DNA of 64,000 nucleotides from Bacteroidales bacterium (GCA_045132235.1 JBGURX010000052.1:17514-81513), one strand, 5' to 3'. Counted from the first letter of the stretch, positions 48,932-58,903 are shown. The notes: generated by a model from the letters alone, not told the origin. Made by a program: numbers and translations.

Positions 48932-49825
48932 TTAGTCATTCAGAATATTCTCATCGATCCAGTGGCGCAGGAAGGTGAGGTTGTCTTTGCTGAAATATCT
49001 GCGGAAGATATAGCGGTCGGCATACTGGTTCTGCTCGATTTCGGGGTTGTGCTGGAGGGGAAGGATGGGAAGTGTGGGACGGTTGAGCCGACGGATCCTG
49101 CGCTTGCTCTTGGTGGCAAATCCTCTGTTTTCGATGAGGTTGGTGCTGGGTATAATGCTGAAGCACTGTTTTTTCCAAAGATGGATGAAATACTGGTATT
49201 CCCAGATGTCGATGGTGGGGAACTGGGTGATGAGTTTGAAGCGGCGCATCCAGAAGGGCGGCACTTTGCGCTTGACGGTGTAGGGTGACAGAATGTCGGG
49301 GAAGTCGGACACTGAGATCTCTTTCATGTGGATGTCAAAACCCTGCCAACGGTCGCGCCATGTGGCGAAACCCCATACGGTGGGGTAGGCTGAAAAATAG
49401 TAGGATGCTTCTATCTCTTTCTTTTTCAAAATATTGCATCCACCGATATGGCCAATTTTCGGATTGTCGCGGTACTTGTCGAGCAGCTCCTCGCAGTAGG
49501 GGAAGAAGTCGGGATGCGGCAGCGTGTCGTCGAAAAGGATGATGCCCTCGCTTTCGTTCTCAAAGAACCAGTTGATGGCGCTCATCACATGTTTCGATTT
49601 GCCGAGATGTTTCGCGTTGAAGTTGGTGTGCAGTTCGCAGTTCCATTCGCAGGCGAAAACACACTGTACCTCAAGGGTTTTGCGGTAATCCACACGGTCG
49701 TCGGGTGCGGCGCCGTCCACCGACACGTACAGTTTTTCGGGTTGCAGGGCGTGGAGCACGGTGAAAAGATCGTGGGTGTATTCCACGCGGTTGTAGGCGA
49801 TGACTAAAATAGGTGTTTTGAACAT
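48932..49825 (-). CDS. Putative nucleotide-diphospho-sugar (GT-A fold) glycosyltransferase-like protein
   Basis: The N-terminus MFKTPILVIAYNRVEYTHDLFTVLHALQPEKLYVSVDGA resembles GT-A/GnT-I-like proteins, and a DD-x acidic motif is present (IILFDDTL). The assignment is from general pattern only. Confidence 0.5.
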   Translation of the reverse strand: MFKTPILVIAYNRVEYTHDLFTVLHALQPEKLYVSVDGAAPDDRVDYRKTLEVQCVFACEWNCELHTNFNAKHLGKSKHVMSAINWFFENESEGIILFDDTLPHPDFFPYCEELLDKYRDNPKIGHIGGCNILKKKEIEASYYFSAYPTVWGFATWRDRWQGFDIHMKEISVSDFPDILSPYTVKRKVPPFWMRRFKLITQFPTIDIWEYQYFIHLWKKQCFSIIPSTNLIENRGFATKSKRRIRRLNRPTLPILPLQHNPEIEQNQYADRYIFRRYFSKDNLTFLRHWIDENILND

Positions 49826-50790
49826 GTTTCAGTTTTTAGATTCGGATAATGAAGAAGCACTGCGTCGGCAAGCACGAGGGCGGCCATGGCCTCCACAACG
49901 GGCAATACTCTGGGTACTACCGACTTGTCGTTGCGCGAATGTCCTTTATAAATGGTTGAATTTCCTTGGAAATCAATGGTTTCTTGGTTAATGGGCAGGG
50001 AAGGGATGGGTTTGAAGGCGAGGCGGAAGAGAATGTCCTGTCCGTTGCTGATCCCCGCTTGGATGCCGCCGTCATGGTTGGTGCGGAAGGCGAAGTCTTT
50101 CTCCTGCAGGTCGTTGTACTGCGAACCGGTCATGCGGGCAGCGCCAAAACCCTCTCCTATCTCAAATCCCTTGCAGGCGGGTATGGAGAGCATGGCGGCA
50201 GCGAGGCGGGCATCCAAACCACCGTAGGTGGGCTCTCCCAAGCCTGCGGGCACGTGGCTCACCACGCACTCCACGATGGCACCGGCGGTGTCGTTCTCTT
50301 TTTCTATTCCTTTTTCTTTTATAAAAGATTGAATGTCAATATGATATTGTTTTAGGAAAAGTTTGGCAATCGCTCCGCCCACTACGCGGCAGGCGGTCTG
50401 GCGGGCTGAAAAGCGCCCTCCCTGCTCGTTGCAGTGATGACCATATTTCTCTTTCAGCACAAACGAAGCGTGCGAGGGTTTCAGCACGTTGTTGTTTTCT
50501 TCAACAATTCTAACATCTTTATTATCAATAAGAAATGCGATAGGCGCTCCCGTGGTCTCCCCTTCGTACAGGCCTGATACAAACCGTACGGTGTCGGGCT
50601 CCCGGCGGGTATTGTCCTGCCCGGTACTCCCGGTGCCGTACTGTGTCAGCGAACGGCGCTCCAGCTCCCGCTGCACGAAAGCCATATCCATGGCCAATCC
50701 GGCCGGACAGCCGTCCACCACCCCGCCGATGCACGCACCGTGGGTCTCGCCAAAATCTGTCAGTCTGAATCTTTCGCCAAAGGTGTTCAT
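49804..50790 (-). CDS. aroC: Chorismate synthase
   Basis: Motifs: FGERFRLTDFGETHGACIGGVVDGCPAG, GGRFSARQTACRV, AMLSIPACKGFEIGEGF, GGIQAGISNG and FKPIPS...GHSRNDKSVVPR. It overlaps the downstream gene by 22 nt. Confidence 0.9.
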   Translation of the reverse strand: MNTFGERFRLTDFGETHGACIGGVVDGCPAGLAMDMAFVQRELERRSLTQYGTGSTGQDNTRREPDTVRFVSGLYEGETTGAPIAFLIDNKDVRIVEENNNVLKPSHASFVLKEKYGHHCNEQGGRFSARQTACRVVGGAIAKLFLKQYHIDIQSFIKEKGIEKENDTAGAIVECVVSHVPAGLGEPTYGGLDARLAAAMLSIPACKGFEIGEGFGAARMTGSQYNDLQEKDFAFRTNHDGGIQAGISNGQDILFRLAFKPIPSLPINQETIDFQGNSTIYKGHSRNDKSVVPRVLPVVEAMAALVLADAVLLHYPNLKTETCSKHLF

Positions 50791-52340
50791 GGTTCTGCTG
50801 TCGTTTTGCTGGTTTCTTCAGGTCGGATGACCGGATTGTCAAATATTTCGCTGATGCTCGCGGGGCGGAAAGCACTCATCCATTTGAAGTCCTTGAGGCG
50901 GCGGTCGTCGGCCGTCAGCTCTTGGTCGGGATGAAGCTTGCCGTCGGGGTCGTTGTAGAAACGGATGGTTTGTATCTCGCTGTCTTTGAAGAAGATGGTC
51001 ATCTCACTGGTCATGGTCGAGTTGACCCCGATGAGCGAACTGTCCTCCTCTTGGATGTAGTACAGGCATTCGGCGTTTCCCACCACATCCACCCGCACGA
51101 GCTCCCGCTCATGGATTCTTCCTACAATAGTGATGCCTCTGATCTGGTTGAATTCGGTTTCATTGAATAGCGAAGAGGCGATGAAGGCGGTGCGGCAGAG
51201 GTGCACATCGATATTGACGGAGTCGAGGATGAGGAATTTGATGGTGTCGGCGGTAAGCTGGTTTTCAGCCGACCATACCACAGGGCTATAGAACATCAGG
51301 ATGATGGAGTCGTTGAGATGATAGACGAGCGAGTCGCATGCCCCCTGCATGTCGTGGCGGAAGTACTTGGCGTGGTTGTAGGCGAACATGTCGGTCGGGT
51401 TCTGGGCCGTGTCGAACAGCACACGCAAGGTGTCGGCGTGGAGGAAGAGCGAGTCGTTGCCTTCGTCGATAATCGTCAGCATACAGCTGTCGGTGCTGAT
51501 GGCATACTGGCAGTCGAGGTATTCGAGGTAGTTTCCATCTACAATAAAATTCTGCACAGAATCCACCAAATGCACATGGTTCCATCCCTGTCCGTATTTG
51601 ATGTTGTTGTCGAAATAGAGGCTGTCGCCGGAGATGTGCTGGTTCTGGTTGTGCAGTTCGGCATTGCCCACCAAACTGACCAGTTCCTCTTTGGTGTCGT
51701 ACCAGCCTTTGTCGGTCCATGCTTCGTTTTCGGTGGAGTAAAGGTGGGTGCGCGAGGTGAAGTGAAGCACCTCGGTGGCGGTGTTGTAGGCGGCATTGTC
51801 GCAGGTGCCGGTATAGGTTTCGTTGACAAAAAGCACGTCGTCGCTCACGTAGGCGGTCTTGCTGTCGGTGTAGTAATATCCTTTTTGGCTGGTCAGCACA
51901 TTGGAGTCGCTCACCATGCGGCCGCCGCAGAGGTAGTAGCCCATCTTGGCCTCGAGGTCATAGGTCATGCTGTCGGTGTAGAGGGTGGTGCTGTTGTCGG
52001 TGAGGCGCACATTGTAAAAGATGGAGACCACGCGGCTGTTGCCATCGTAGATAATCTCTTTCCCGTATAAGGTCACTGAGTCGTTGACATGGATTCTGAC
52101 GGGGTTGCCGTAGGCGTGCAGGCGGTTTTCGTTGCGGTAGTTGTCGGCCGACTGGCAGTAGCCAACGGTCTCGCCATGCCGGAAGATGACGTGGCCGGTG
52201 TACTGGTCCACCCCGGGTCGCAGGTCCTCGTCGTATTCGAGGAGGTCGGCCTGGAAGTAAATCTTCTGCTGGGCACGGAGCGTCGTCGCTCCATAAAATG
52301 TCAGCAGGAGAAACAGGATGGTGGCAATCCGTTGGTGCAT
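50787..52340 (-). CDS. OstA-like (LptD N-terminal-type beta-jellyroll repeat) periplasmic protein
   Basis: Has a signal peptide. The OstA-type pattern recurs (ADLLEYDEDLRPGVDQYTGHVIFRHGETVGYCQSADNY...HAYGNPVRIHVND...LYGKEIIYDG). Confidence 0.6.
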   Translation of the reverse strand: MHQRIATILFLLLTFYGATTLRAQQKIYFQADLLEYDEDLRPGVDQYTGHVIFRHGETVGYCQSADNYRNENRLHAYGNPVRIHVNDSVTLYGKEIIYDGNSRVVSIFYNVRLTDNSTTLYTDSMTYDLEAKMGYYLCGGRMVSDSNVLTSQKGYYYTDSKTAYVSDDVLFVNETYTGTCDNAAYNTATEVLHFTSRTHLYSTENEAWTDKGWYDTKEELVSLVGNAELHNQNQHISGDSLYFDNNIKYGQGWNHVHLVDSVQNFIVDGNYLEYLDCQYAISTDSCMLTIIDEGNDSLFLHADTLRVLFDTAQNPTDMFAYNHAKYFRHDMQGACDSLVYHLNDSIILMFYSPVVWSAENQLTADTIKFLILDSVNIDVHLCRTAFIASSLFNETEFNQIRGITIVGRIHERELVRVDVVGNAECLYYIQEEDSSLIGVNSTMTSEMTIFFKDSEIQTIRFYNDPDGKLHPDQELTADDRRLKDFKWMSAFRPASISEIFDNPVIRPEETSKTTAEP

Positions 52341-52355
52341 ATTGTGGGTTGTGGT

Positions 52356-53129
52356 TTATTCAGAAACTGAAATCTCTACACCGTCGATGGCCACGATGCG
52401 GTCGTTGTGGTAGGTGGTGGTCTTCACCACGTTATCATGTCCATCATACTCAATTTCATCACCCTCTTTCATATTCTTGACATAATGGGTAACCTTCACC
52501 ACCTCGCCGTTCTGGTAGGTGGTCATCGTGCCGGTGCCTTGCTGGAAGACGGCGTGGCCGACGGGCATCTCATTTTCATCATAATAATTCCATTCTCCAT
52601 CCATCATGCCATTTTTATAAAAACCTGTGCAACGCAGCGCATTCAGCCCGTTGATGGTTTCGGTCTTGCTGTACCATGCCGTATAGGCGCCTTCCGGAAT
52701 GTCGTTGCGGTAATGCATTTCCGACACCTTCTTGTTGAGCTTGTCGAAGTAGGTCTGGGTGCCCTCCAACTTGTCATCCTCGTAGTAACACTCCATCTCG
52801 CGCCCGCCGACAGGGAAGTAGGTGCGCATTCTGCCATTTTTCTTTCCATCCTTCATCTCCACATCCATCATGATCACGCCGTCCTGATTGTAGTACTCGG
52901 CGAGACCGTTCTCCTTGTTGTGCTGATAGCGCACGAGCGAACGGATTTGGCCGTTGGGATAATATTCGCGAGCCTCTCCGTGTTTCATCTTTCCCTTGTA
53001 TTCGATGCTCGACTTCAGGGCGCCGTTGGGGTAAAACTCCTCTTTGGCCTTGGTGCGGCAGGCTACAAGGGTGAGGATGAGGATGGAGAGGAGCGTCCAG
53101 AACATGGTTTTTTGCAAATTGATGTTCAT
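52356..53129 (-). CDS. MORN-variant repeat lipoprotein (YwqK-like)
   Basis: Lipobox (LTLVAC). Repeated units: YYPNGQIRSLVRYQHNKENGLAEYYNQDG and G-x-W-x-YY type. Confidence 0.7.
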   Translation of the reverse strand: MNINLQKTMFWTLLSILILTLVACRTKAKEEFYPNGALKSSIEYKGKMKHGEAREYYPNGQIRSLVRYQHNKENGLAEYYNQDGVIMMDVEMKDGKKNGRMRTYFPVGGREMECYYEDDKLEGTQTYFDKLNKKVSEMHYRNDIPEGAYTAWYSKTETINGLNALRCTGFYKNGMMDGEWNYYDENEMPVGHAVFQQGTGTMTTYQNGEVVKVTHYVKNMKEGDEIEYDGHDNVVKTTTYHNDRIVAIDGVEISVSE

Positions 53130-53144
53130 ACGGGAGATGATGGG

Positions 53145-56100
53145 TTATGATAAGGTGATGTTTTGATTTTTCATTTTCCGATTCTTGCGCCATTCGCCGA
53201 AGCTGGCGAAACAGCTGTAGAGAATCGGGATGAGCACGAGGGTGACGAGGGTGGAGACCGAAAGACCCCATGCCACGGTCATACCCAGCGAGCGCCACAT
53301 CTCGGCACCTTCGCCGGTGCCCACCGCCATCGGAATCATGCCGAGCACGGTGGTGAGGGTGGTCATCAGAATCGGGCGCAGACGCGACTTGCCGGCCGTC
53401 ACCACTGCATCGCGGATGGTCATGCCGCGCTCGCGGCAGAGGATGGTGTAGTCAATCAGCACGATACCGTTCTTCACCACAATACCTATCAGCATCAACA
53501 AGCCCACCAGTGCCATCACACCCAGCGGGGTGTTGGTGACCGCCAAGCCGATGAACACGCCTGTGAAGGCGAAGGGGATGGAGAACATGATGACGAAGGG
53601 GTAGGTGAACGACTCGAACTGCGCGGCCATCACGATGTACACTAACAACACGATCAACACCATCAGGGTCTTCATGTCGGCGAAAGCCTCCTGCTGGTCT
53701 TCCCACGAGCCGCCGATGTTGTAGGTCATCTCGCCGGGGATGTCCATCTGGTTGAGCTGCTGCTGTGCGCCTTCCACCACCTCACTGAGCACGCCGTCCT
53801 TGCCGACCACGCACGACACTTTGATCATACGCTCGCGGTTTTTACGCTCGATGGTCGGCGGGGTGAAGGTCTCCTCGATGGTGGCCAGCTCCTTGAGACG
53901 GATGCCGCTGCCGCCCGTGAGGGGATAGATGAGGATGTTCTCCACATCCTCGATGCTTTGCCGACGGCTCTGTAAGTTCCTAACGCGGATGTTGTACTCG
54001 TCGCCCTCCTCACGGTAGTAAGAGGCGATGTTGCCGTTGAAGGTGTTGCGCACGTAGGTGGCTGCCGTGGTCAGGTTGAGACCGTGCTCCGCCAACCTTT
54101 GACGGTCGAAGTTGATGTGCAGTTCGGGTACATATTCTGTACGGCTGATGTTGACTTCAGAGCAGCCTTTCACCTTGCGCATCCGTTCCGCCAGTTCTGC
54201 CGCCACCTTGTCGGAGGTCTCGAAATCGTAGCAGTACAGCTCGATGTCCACCGAGTTCTGTCCGCCCATGCCGCCGCTTCCCACGGTCACGTTGTACTTG
54301 TACAGCTCTTCGTATTCGTTGAGGTCGGCACGCACTTGGTCGGCAATCTGAGTGATGGAACGCTCGCGCTCGGTTTTGTTCTTGAAGCGCATGTTGAATT
54401 TCACGATGTTGGAACCGGTCTCCGACATGATGCCGAAGGAGTTGTCATCGTCGGGCTGGCCTACCGAGAAGTTGCACATCAGCAGCTCGGGGTACTCCTT
54501 CTTCATGTGTTCGGCGAAGCGAAGACCGAAGTCGCGCGAGTTCTCCATGCGGGTGCCGACGGGCAGTTTCACCGTGGCCGACAGACGACCCATATCCTGT
54601 GTGGGGAAGAACTCCGTGGGGATGACTTTCAGCAAGGTCATGCTGCCGCCAAAGAGGAGGAGTGCCACAAGGATGACGATGATACGGTGCGACACGCACC
54701 AGCCGAGGAAGCGGCTGTACAGCTTGTCGAGGCCGTTGAGCGTCCATTCGACGGGCTTGTAGATGGTGCCGAACACCTTGCCGCGGCTCGGGTTGGTCTT
54801 CAGCATCAGCGAGCAGAGCATCGGGGTGAGCGACAATGCCGCGAGGGTGGACACCGAGCAGACGATGGCCACAATCCAGCCCAGCTGCTTGAACAGGATA
54901 CCGGCCTGCCCTTCGAGGAAGGTCAGCGGGATGAACACAGCGAGAAGCACAAGGGTGGTGGCGATGACCGACAGCGACACCTCGCTGGTGGCAAACACGG
55001 CCGCCGCCTTGGGCTTGGTGCCTCGCTCAATATGGGTGGTGATGTTCTCCAATACCACAATGGCGTCGTCCACCACCATACCGATGGCGATACTCAGGGA
55101 GGAGAGCGAGATGATGTTGAGCGAATTGCCGGTGAGGCGCAGGTAGATGAAGGCGGCCACGAGCGACACGGGGATGACGATGGCCACGATGAAGGTGGCG
55201 CGCCACCGTCCGAGGAAGAACAGCACCACGACGACCACCAGCACGAGGATGATGAAGATGGTGCTCTTCAAGCTGTCGATGGTGTTGACAATGCTTTCGG
55301 AGGTGTTGGCGATGATACCGATTTCAATGTCCGACGGGAGAGTTTTCTGCAATTCGGGCAGCAGGGCCATCACCTTGTTGGAAATCTCCACCGAGTTGGC
55401 GCCCGACTGCTTCTGCACGATGATCATGGCACCGCGGTTGCCGTTGTTGTACACCTCCTGCAGACGCTCCTGCACGGTGTCGATCACCTGAGCAACATCA
55501 CGCAGATAGACGCTCTTGGTGGTGCCGTCGCCGGCCACCACGATGTCGTTGAGCTGGTCGGCATTGTCGAACTCGCCCTGCACACGCATCGAGTAGGTCT
55601 CCGAACCGATGTCCATCGAGCCTAACGGCAGGTTGCGGTTCTCGGCGGCGATTTTCTGGGCGATGCCGGCGACGGTGAGGTTGAACTCGTCAAGCTTGTC
55701 GGGGTCGCAGTAGATGGCGATCTCACGCTTCGGTGCACCCGAGATGGACACTGTGCCCACGCCCTTGATACGGCTGATGGGCTGCGACACGCGCTCGTCC
55801 AGAATCTTGTACAGGGCGTTGGTGCTTTCGTCCGACTTCACCGACAGCATCAGGATGGGGATGTCCTCCATGCTGAATTTGAACAGGAAAGGCAGGTTGC
55901 AGCCGTCGGGCAGCTGCGAGTTCATCATGTCGAGCTTGTCGCGCACGTCGTTGGTCGCCTTGTCGATGTCGATGCCATACTCGTATTCCAGCGTCACGAT
56001 GGAGTAGTTCTCCTTCGACTGGGAGGTCATCTCCTTCAAGTCTTCCACACTGTTGAGCACGTTCTCGATGGGCTTGGTGACGTTGTTCTCGATATCGGCG

Positions 56101-56267
56101 GCGCTGGCGCCGGCATACACCGTGAACACCATGATGTGGTTGGAACCCATGTCAGGGAAAAGGTCGATGGGCAGCTTCATGACCGAATAGACACCGAGGA
56201 TGGCGATGGCCACATACACAAGGGCGGTCATGATAGGTTTTTTTACTGCATTCTGATATAGACTCAT
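53145..56267 (-). CDS. Efflux RND transporter permease subunit (AcrB/HAE1-like)
   Basis: The ORF begins with GTG at 56294. The ATG at 56267 gives MSLYQNAVKKPIMTALVYVAIAILG, the typical AcrB N-terminus. About 1040 aa with a 12-TM, two-large-loop architecture and motifs such as GMVVDDAIVVLENI and GIVVKNGIVLIDY. Confidence 0.9.
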   Translation of the reverse strand: MSLYQNAVKKPIMTALVYVAIAILGVYSVMKLPIDLFPDMGSNHIMVFTVYAGASAADIENNVTKPIENVLNSVEDLKEMTSQSKENYSIVTLEYEYGIDIDKATNDVRDKLDMMNSQLPDGCNLPFLFKFSMEDIPILMLSVKSDESTNALYKILDERVSQPISRIKGVGTVSISGAPKREIAIYCDPDKLDEFNLTVAGIAQKIAAENRNLPLGSMDIGSETYSMRVQGEFDNADQLNDIVVAGDGTTKSVYLRDVAQVIDTVQERLQEVYNNGNRGAMIIVQKQSGANSVEISNKVMALLPELQKTLPSDIEIGIIANTSESIVNTIDSLKSTIFIILVLVVVVVLFFLGRWRATFIVAIVIPVSLVAAFIYLRLTGNSLNIISLSSLSIAIGMVVDDAIVVLENITTHIERGTKPKAAAVFATSEVSLSVIATTLVLLAVFIPLTFLEGQAGILFKQLGWIVAIVCSVSTLAALSLTPMLCSLMLKTNPSRGKVFGTIYKPVEWTLNGLDKLYSRFLGWCVSHRIIVILVALLLFGGSMTLLKVIPTEFFPTQDMGRLSATVKLPVGTRMENSRDFGLRFAEHMKKEYPELLMCNFSVGQPDDDNSFGIMSETGSNIVKFNMRFKNKTERERSITQIADQVRADLNEYEELYKYNVTVGSGGMGGQNSVDIELYCYDFETSDKVAAELAERMRKVKGCSEVNISRTEYVPELHINFDRQRLAEHGLNLTTAATYVRNTFNGNIASYYREEGDEYNIRVRNLQSRRQSIEDVENILIYPLTGGSGIRLKELATIEETFTPPTIERKNRERMIKVSCVVGKDGVLSEVVEGAQQQLNQMDIPGEMTYNIGGSWEDQQEAFADMKTLMVLIVLLVYIVMAAQFESFTYPFVIMFSIPFAFTGVFIGLAVTNTPLGVMALVGLLMLIGIVVKNGIVLIDYTILCRERGMTIRDAVVTAGKSRLRPILMTTLTTVLGMIPMAVGTGEGAEMWRSLGMTVAWGLSVSTLVTLVLIPILYSCFASFGEWRKNRKMKNQNITLS

Positions 56268-56313
56268 ATCGCTTTGTTTTAGTATATAATTCACTTACTA
56301 GCAATAAATTAAA

Positions 56314-56332
56314 ATTCATTGCAGCAATGAAT
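56314..56332. promoter_or_regulatory. Perfect 9-1-9 palindrome ATTCATTGC-A-GCAATGAAT (candidate operator or RNA hairpin) in the RND leader
   Basis: Read directly from the sequence. It lies between the -7 box (56365-56372) and the RND start (56267). Confidence 0.4.
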
Positions 56333-56364
56333 GGCAGATTGGGAAAGGCATAATTTTCCCGCTG

Positions 56365-56372
56365 CAAAGATA
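56365..56372 (-). promoter_or_regulatory. -7 promoter box (TATCTTTG on the minus strand) for the RND pump gene
   Basis: The plus strand reads CAAAGATA, 98 nt upstream of the ATG at 56267. Confidence 0.45.
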
Positions 56373-56399
56373 CAATTTTCTTTCTTTACATTCAGCACA

Positions 56400-57038
56400 T
56401 TATTTTGTGCAAAATGAAGGTTTGGATTTGCGGTTGGGACGGGGAGTGCGGGAGGGGTCGCCAGAGCGTTTTTCCACCGAAAAACCGAACTTTCCGATGA
56501 TTTTCCCCAAGTCGTAATAATGACCGTTGGAATAGGACACGAGGTTGGCACGCTCCAAGTGCATCGCGCCGGTCTTCTTGTCGAAAAGTCTCTCGTCGGC
56601 GTGCACCGCCACGATTTCAGCCATGAACATGTCGTGCGAGCCGAGCGGAATCACCTGCTTCACCACGCACTCGATATTGACGGGGGCTTCGTGAATCATC
56701 GGGGCCTTCACCATGCTGCCGCGCACGGGCGTGAGGCCGGTCTCGATGAACTTGTTGTATTTGTCGCCCGACCGCACGCCACACCAGTCGGTGCGTTCCG
56801 CCAACTCATTGGAAACGAGGTTGATGACAAACTCCTGATTTTTCTTGATGATGGGGTGGGAGTGCCGGTTGGGACGCACGGAGATGTAGCACATCGGAGG
56901 GTCGCTGCACAGGGTGCCGCACCATGCGATGGTGATGATGTTGTATTCGTCGGGCGTTTCGCCGCAGCTCACCATCACCACGGGGGTGGGGTTGAGCATG
57001 TTGCCGGGTTTCAGCTGTCGTTTGTTGAGTTTATTCAT
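56400..57038 (-). CDS. Flavin reductase family protein (FMN-binding split barrel)
   Basis: ORF to 57083, trimmed to the ATG at 57038 (MNKLNKRQLKPGNMLNPTPVVMVSCG...NIITIAWCG). This is the typical flavin reductase-like domain pattern. Confidence 0.7.
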   Translation of the reverse strand: MNKLNKRQLKPGNMLNPTPVVMVSCGETPDEYNIITIAWCGTLCSDPPMCYISVRPNRHSHPIIKKNQEFVINLVSNELAERTDWCGVRSGDKYNKFIETGLTPVRGSMVKAPMIHEAPVNIECVVKQVIPLGSHDMFMAEIVAVHADERLFDKKTGAMHLERANLVSYSNGHYYDLGKIIGKFGFSVEKRSGDPSRTPRPNRKSKPSFCTK

Positions 57039-57921
57039 CGTTGGAGAAGTTGCGTTTGTCGAGCCCCCATAGCAGTTTCTCACGGATCACGGAGTAGAAG
57101 CCGGCGTTGGGGAGGCGGATGGTTTGGATGGTGTAGGGAGCGCGGCTCACGGTGAGGGTGACGGTGTCGTCCATCGTCAGGCGGTGTGAATCCACGGAGA
57201 GGATAAAGCGGTGGGAACGACTCTCTACTCTGATTTTCAATTCATTGTCGGTGGGAAGGACGATGGGCCGCACGGTGAGACTGTGGGAAGCGATGGGGGT
57301 GAGCACCATCACGTTGGCGGAGGGTACGAGGATGGGGCCGCCGCAACTCAGCGAGTAGGCGGTGGAGCCGGTGGGGGTGGCCACGATGAGGCCGTCGCCC
57401 CAGTAGGTGTTCAGCCGCTCGCCGTTGGCCTCCACATGCACCGCGTTGATGGAGTCGCCGTGCGGGTGGATGGAGATGTCGTTGAGGGCGAAACCAGCGG
57501 GCAGTGTCGCACCATTGTCGCTGGTGATTTGCAGCAAACTTCTTTTTTCAATTTGATAATCAGAATTTTGCAAAAAGTCGAAAGCCTCTTTGTAGTTGCT
57601 GCGGTTTACATTGGTGAGGAAGCCGATACGGCCGGTGTTGATGCCCAGAATCGGCATTCCGGTGTCGCCCACAAGGTTGGCGGCATCAATGAAAGTGCCG
57701 TCGCCGCCGATGGAGAAGAGGAAGTCGGGGTGCAGTGCCGCCAACTCCTGCTGGTTTTTGAAAATGCTTGATATATAATTTACTATATCTTTTTCAAGAC
57801 AATCGGTCAAGGAGTGAAAGGCCGTTACCGTCACTCCTTTTTCGTGCAGGAAACGGATGGCTTCGGAGAGAAAAATGGTGCCTTCGTGGGTGGCGGGCCG
57901 GCTATAGATGGCTATGAACAT
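57031..57921 (-). CDS. nadK: NAD(+) kinase
   Basis: 296 aa. Motifs: FSIGGDGTF, PILGINTGRIGFL, and ATPTGSTAYSLSCGGPI. Confidence 0.9.
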   Translation of the reverse strand: MFIAIYSRPATHEGTIFLSEAIRFLHEKGVTVTAFHSLTDCLEKDIVNYISSIFKNQQELAALHPDFLFSIGGDGTFIDAANLVGDTGMPILGINTGRIGFLTNVNRSNYKEAFDFLQNSDYQIEKRSLLQITSDNGATLPAGFALNDISIHPHGDSINAVHVEANGERLNTYWGDGLIVATPTGSTAYSLSCGGPILVPSANVMVLTPIASHSLTVRPIVLPTDNELKIRVESRSHRFILSVDSHRLTMDDTVTLTVSRAPYTIQTIRLPNAGFYSVIREKLLWGLDKRNFSNDE

Positions 57922-57973
57922 AACGTTGATTAAAAAATGGCTGCAAAAAACAATAGCTGGTTTTTATGTAGAA

Positions 57974-58903
57974 TTAATTTTTCACCACCTTCTGTACGCC
58001 TATCACATTTCCGTTGTCCACTAATTTGATGAGGTAAACTCCTGTTGCATAGGCTGACAGGTCAATACGATTTTTTTCGCCGTTACCGTGCATAACATCT
58101 ATCAGCTGGCCATAGATGTCGAATACTTGGATTTCGAGTGACGTGGAAAAAGTCCCGGGCGTCAGTTGGATGGATACAGTGCCACTGGTGGGATTGGGAT
58201 AAAGGATGATACTTTCGCCATCGACGGTTTCTGCCGATTCGGGTATGGCATCAGGCGAAGAACATAATGAGTGAATACAAATATTGTCCACTGCGGCTGG
58301 AAGCGTCCCTTCATCCATATTGTCATTGTGCCAGAAGAAGTACAAGCGTATGTTATGCTCTGAATAGTTGATTGAATCATTCGCATCAATGGGAAGAGAG
58401 GTTTCAAAGTGCTGCCATGTATTTGACCTTGAGAATCTGTAATTGCCAGTAAGGGGATTCGTAAGACGTTTTAATCCGGAAGGGCTCCCGAAATCGCCTG
58501 CGGTTACACTGATGGGATAGCCGATGTAAACATACATGAAGTCAAGGTTCTCCGTCGCGGTTTCCCCATAGCATCTCCAGTCGAAACTGAAAACAAACCC
58601 TTCGTCGCAATTGGGGAATTTGACATCCTTGTATGCCCAAACATTTGACTGCTGGTCGGTGAAACTGGAGTATTCGTTGGGCGGTGTGGAAGAGGATGGG
58701 GAATTGGAGATGTACAGAGAGTAACCGTCGTTCGCGGCTGTGCCGAATACCCATTGATTGGTCTGAGAACCATTGACTAATGTCCAAGTGTTGCGGTCGT
58801 CAATGGTCTCAAGGTCGCTACAATCAACTATGGTAGTCTGTGCAAATACCATAACGCTACTGATTAGCAATGCAAAAATCAGTACGAAAAGTTTCTTTTT
58901 CAT
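57974..58903 (-). CDS. T9SS type-A sorting-domain (Por secretion tail) protein, 309 aa
   Basis: Has a signal peptide and an N-terminal lectin/MAM-like domain. The C-terminus ILYPNPTSGTVSIQL...IQVFDIYGQLI...IDLSAYATGVYLIKL...KVVKN is the type-A CTD signature. The gene is visibly AT-richer than its flanking genes. Confidence 0.8.
   Translation of the reverse strand: MKKKLFVLIFALLISSVMVFAQTTIVDCSDLETIDDRNTWTLVNGSQTNQWVFGTAANDGYSLYISNSPSSSTPPNEYSSFTDQQSNVWAYKDVKFPNCDEGFVFSFDWRCYGETATENLDFMYVYIGYPISVTAGDFGSPSGLKRLTNPLTGNYRFSRSNTWQHFETSLPIDANDSINYSEHNIRLYFFWHNDNMDEGTLPAAVDNICIHSLCSSPDAIPESAETVDGESIILYPNPTSGTVSIQLTPGTFSTSLEIQVFDIYGQLIDVMHGNGEKNRIDLSAYATGVYLIKLVDNGNVIGVQKVVKN

Noticed and set aside
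54084-55625. 513-aa plus-strand ORF antisense to the RND permease
   Set aside because: Same shadow-ORF signature: runs of H/D/G/V/E such as HHDDHQHEDDEDG. The minus strand carries a full-length AcrB-type protein.
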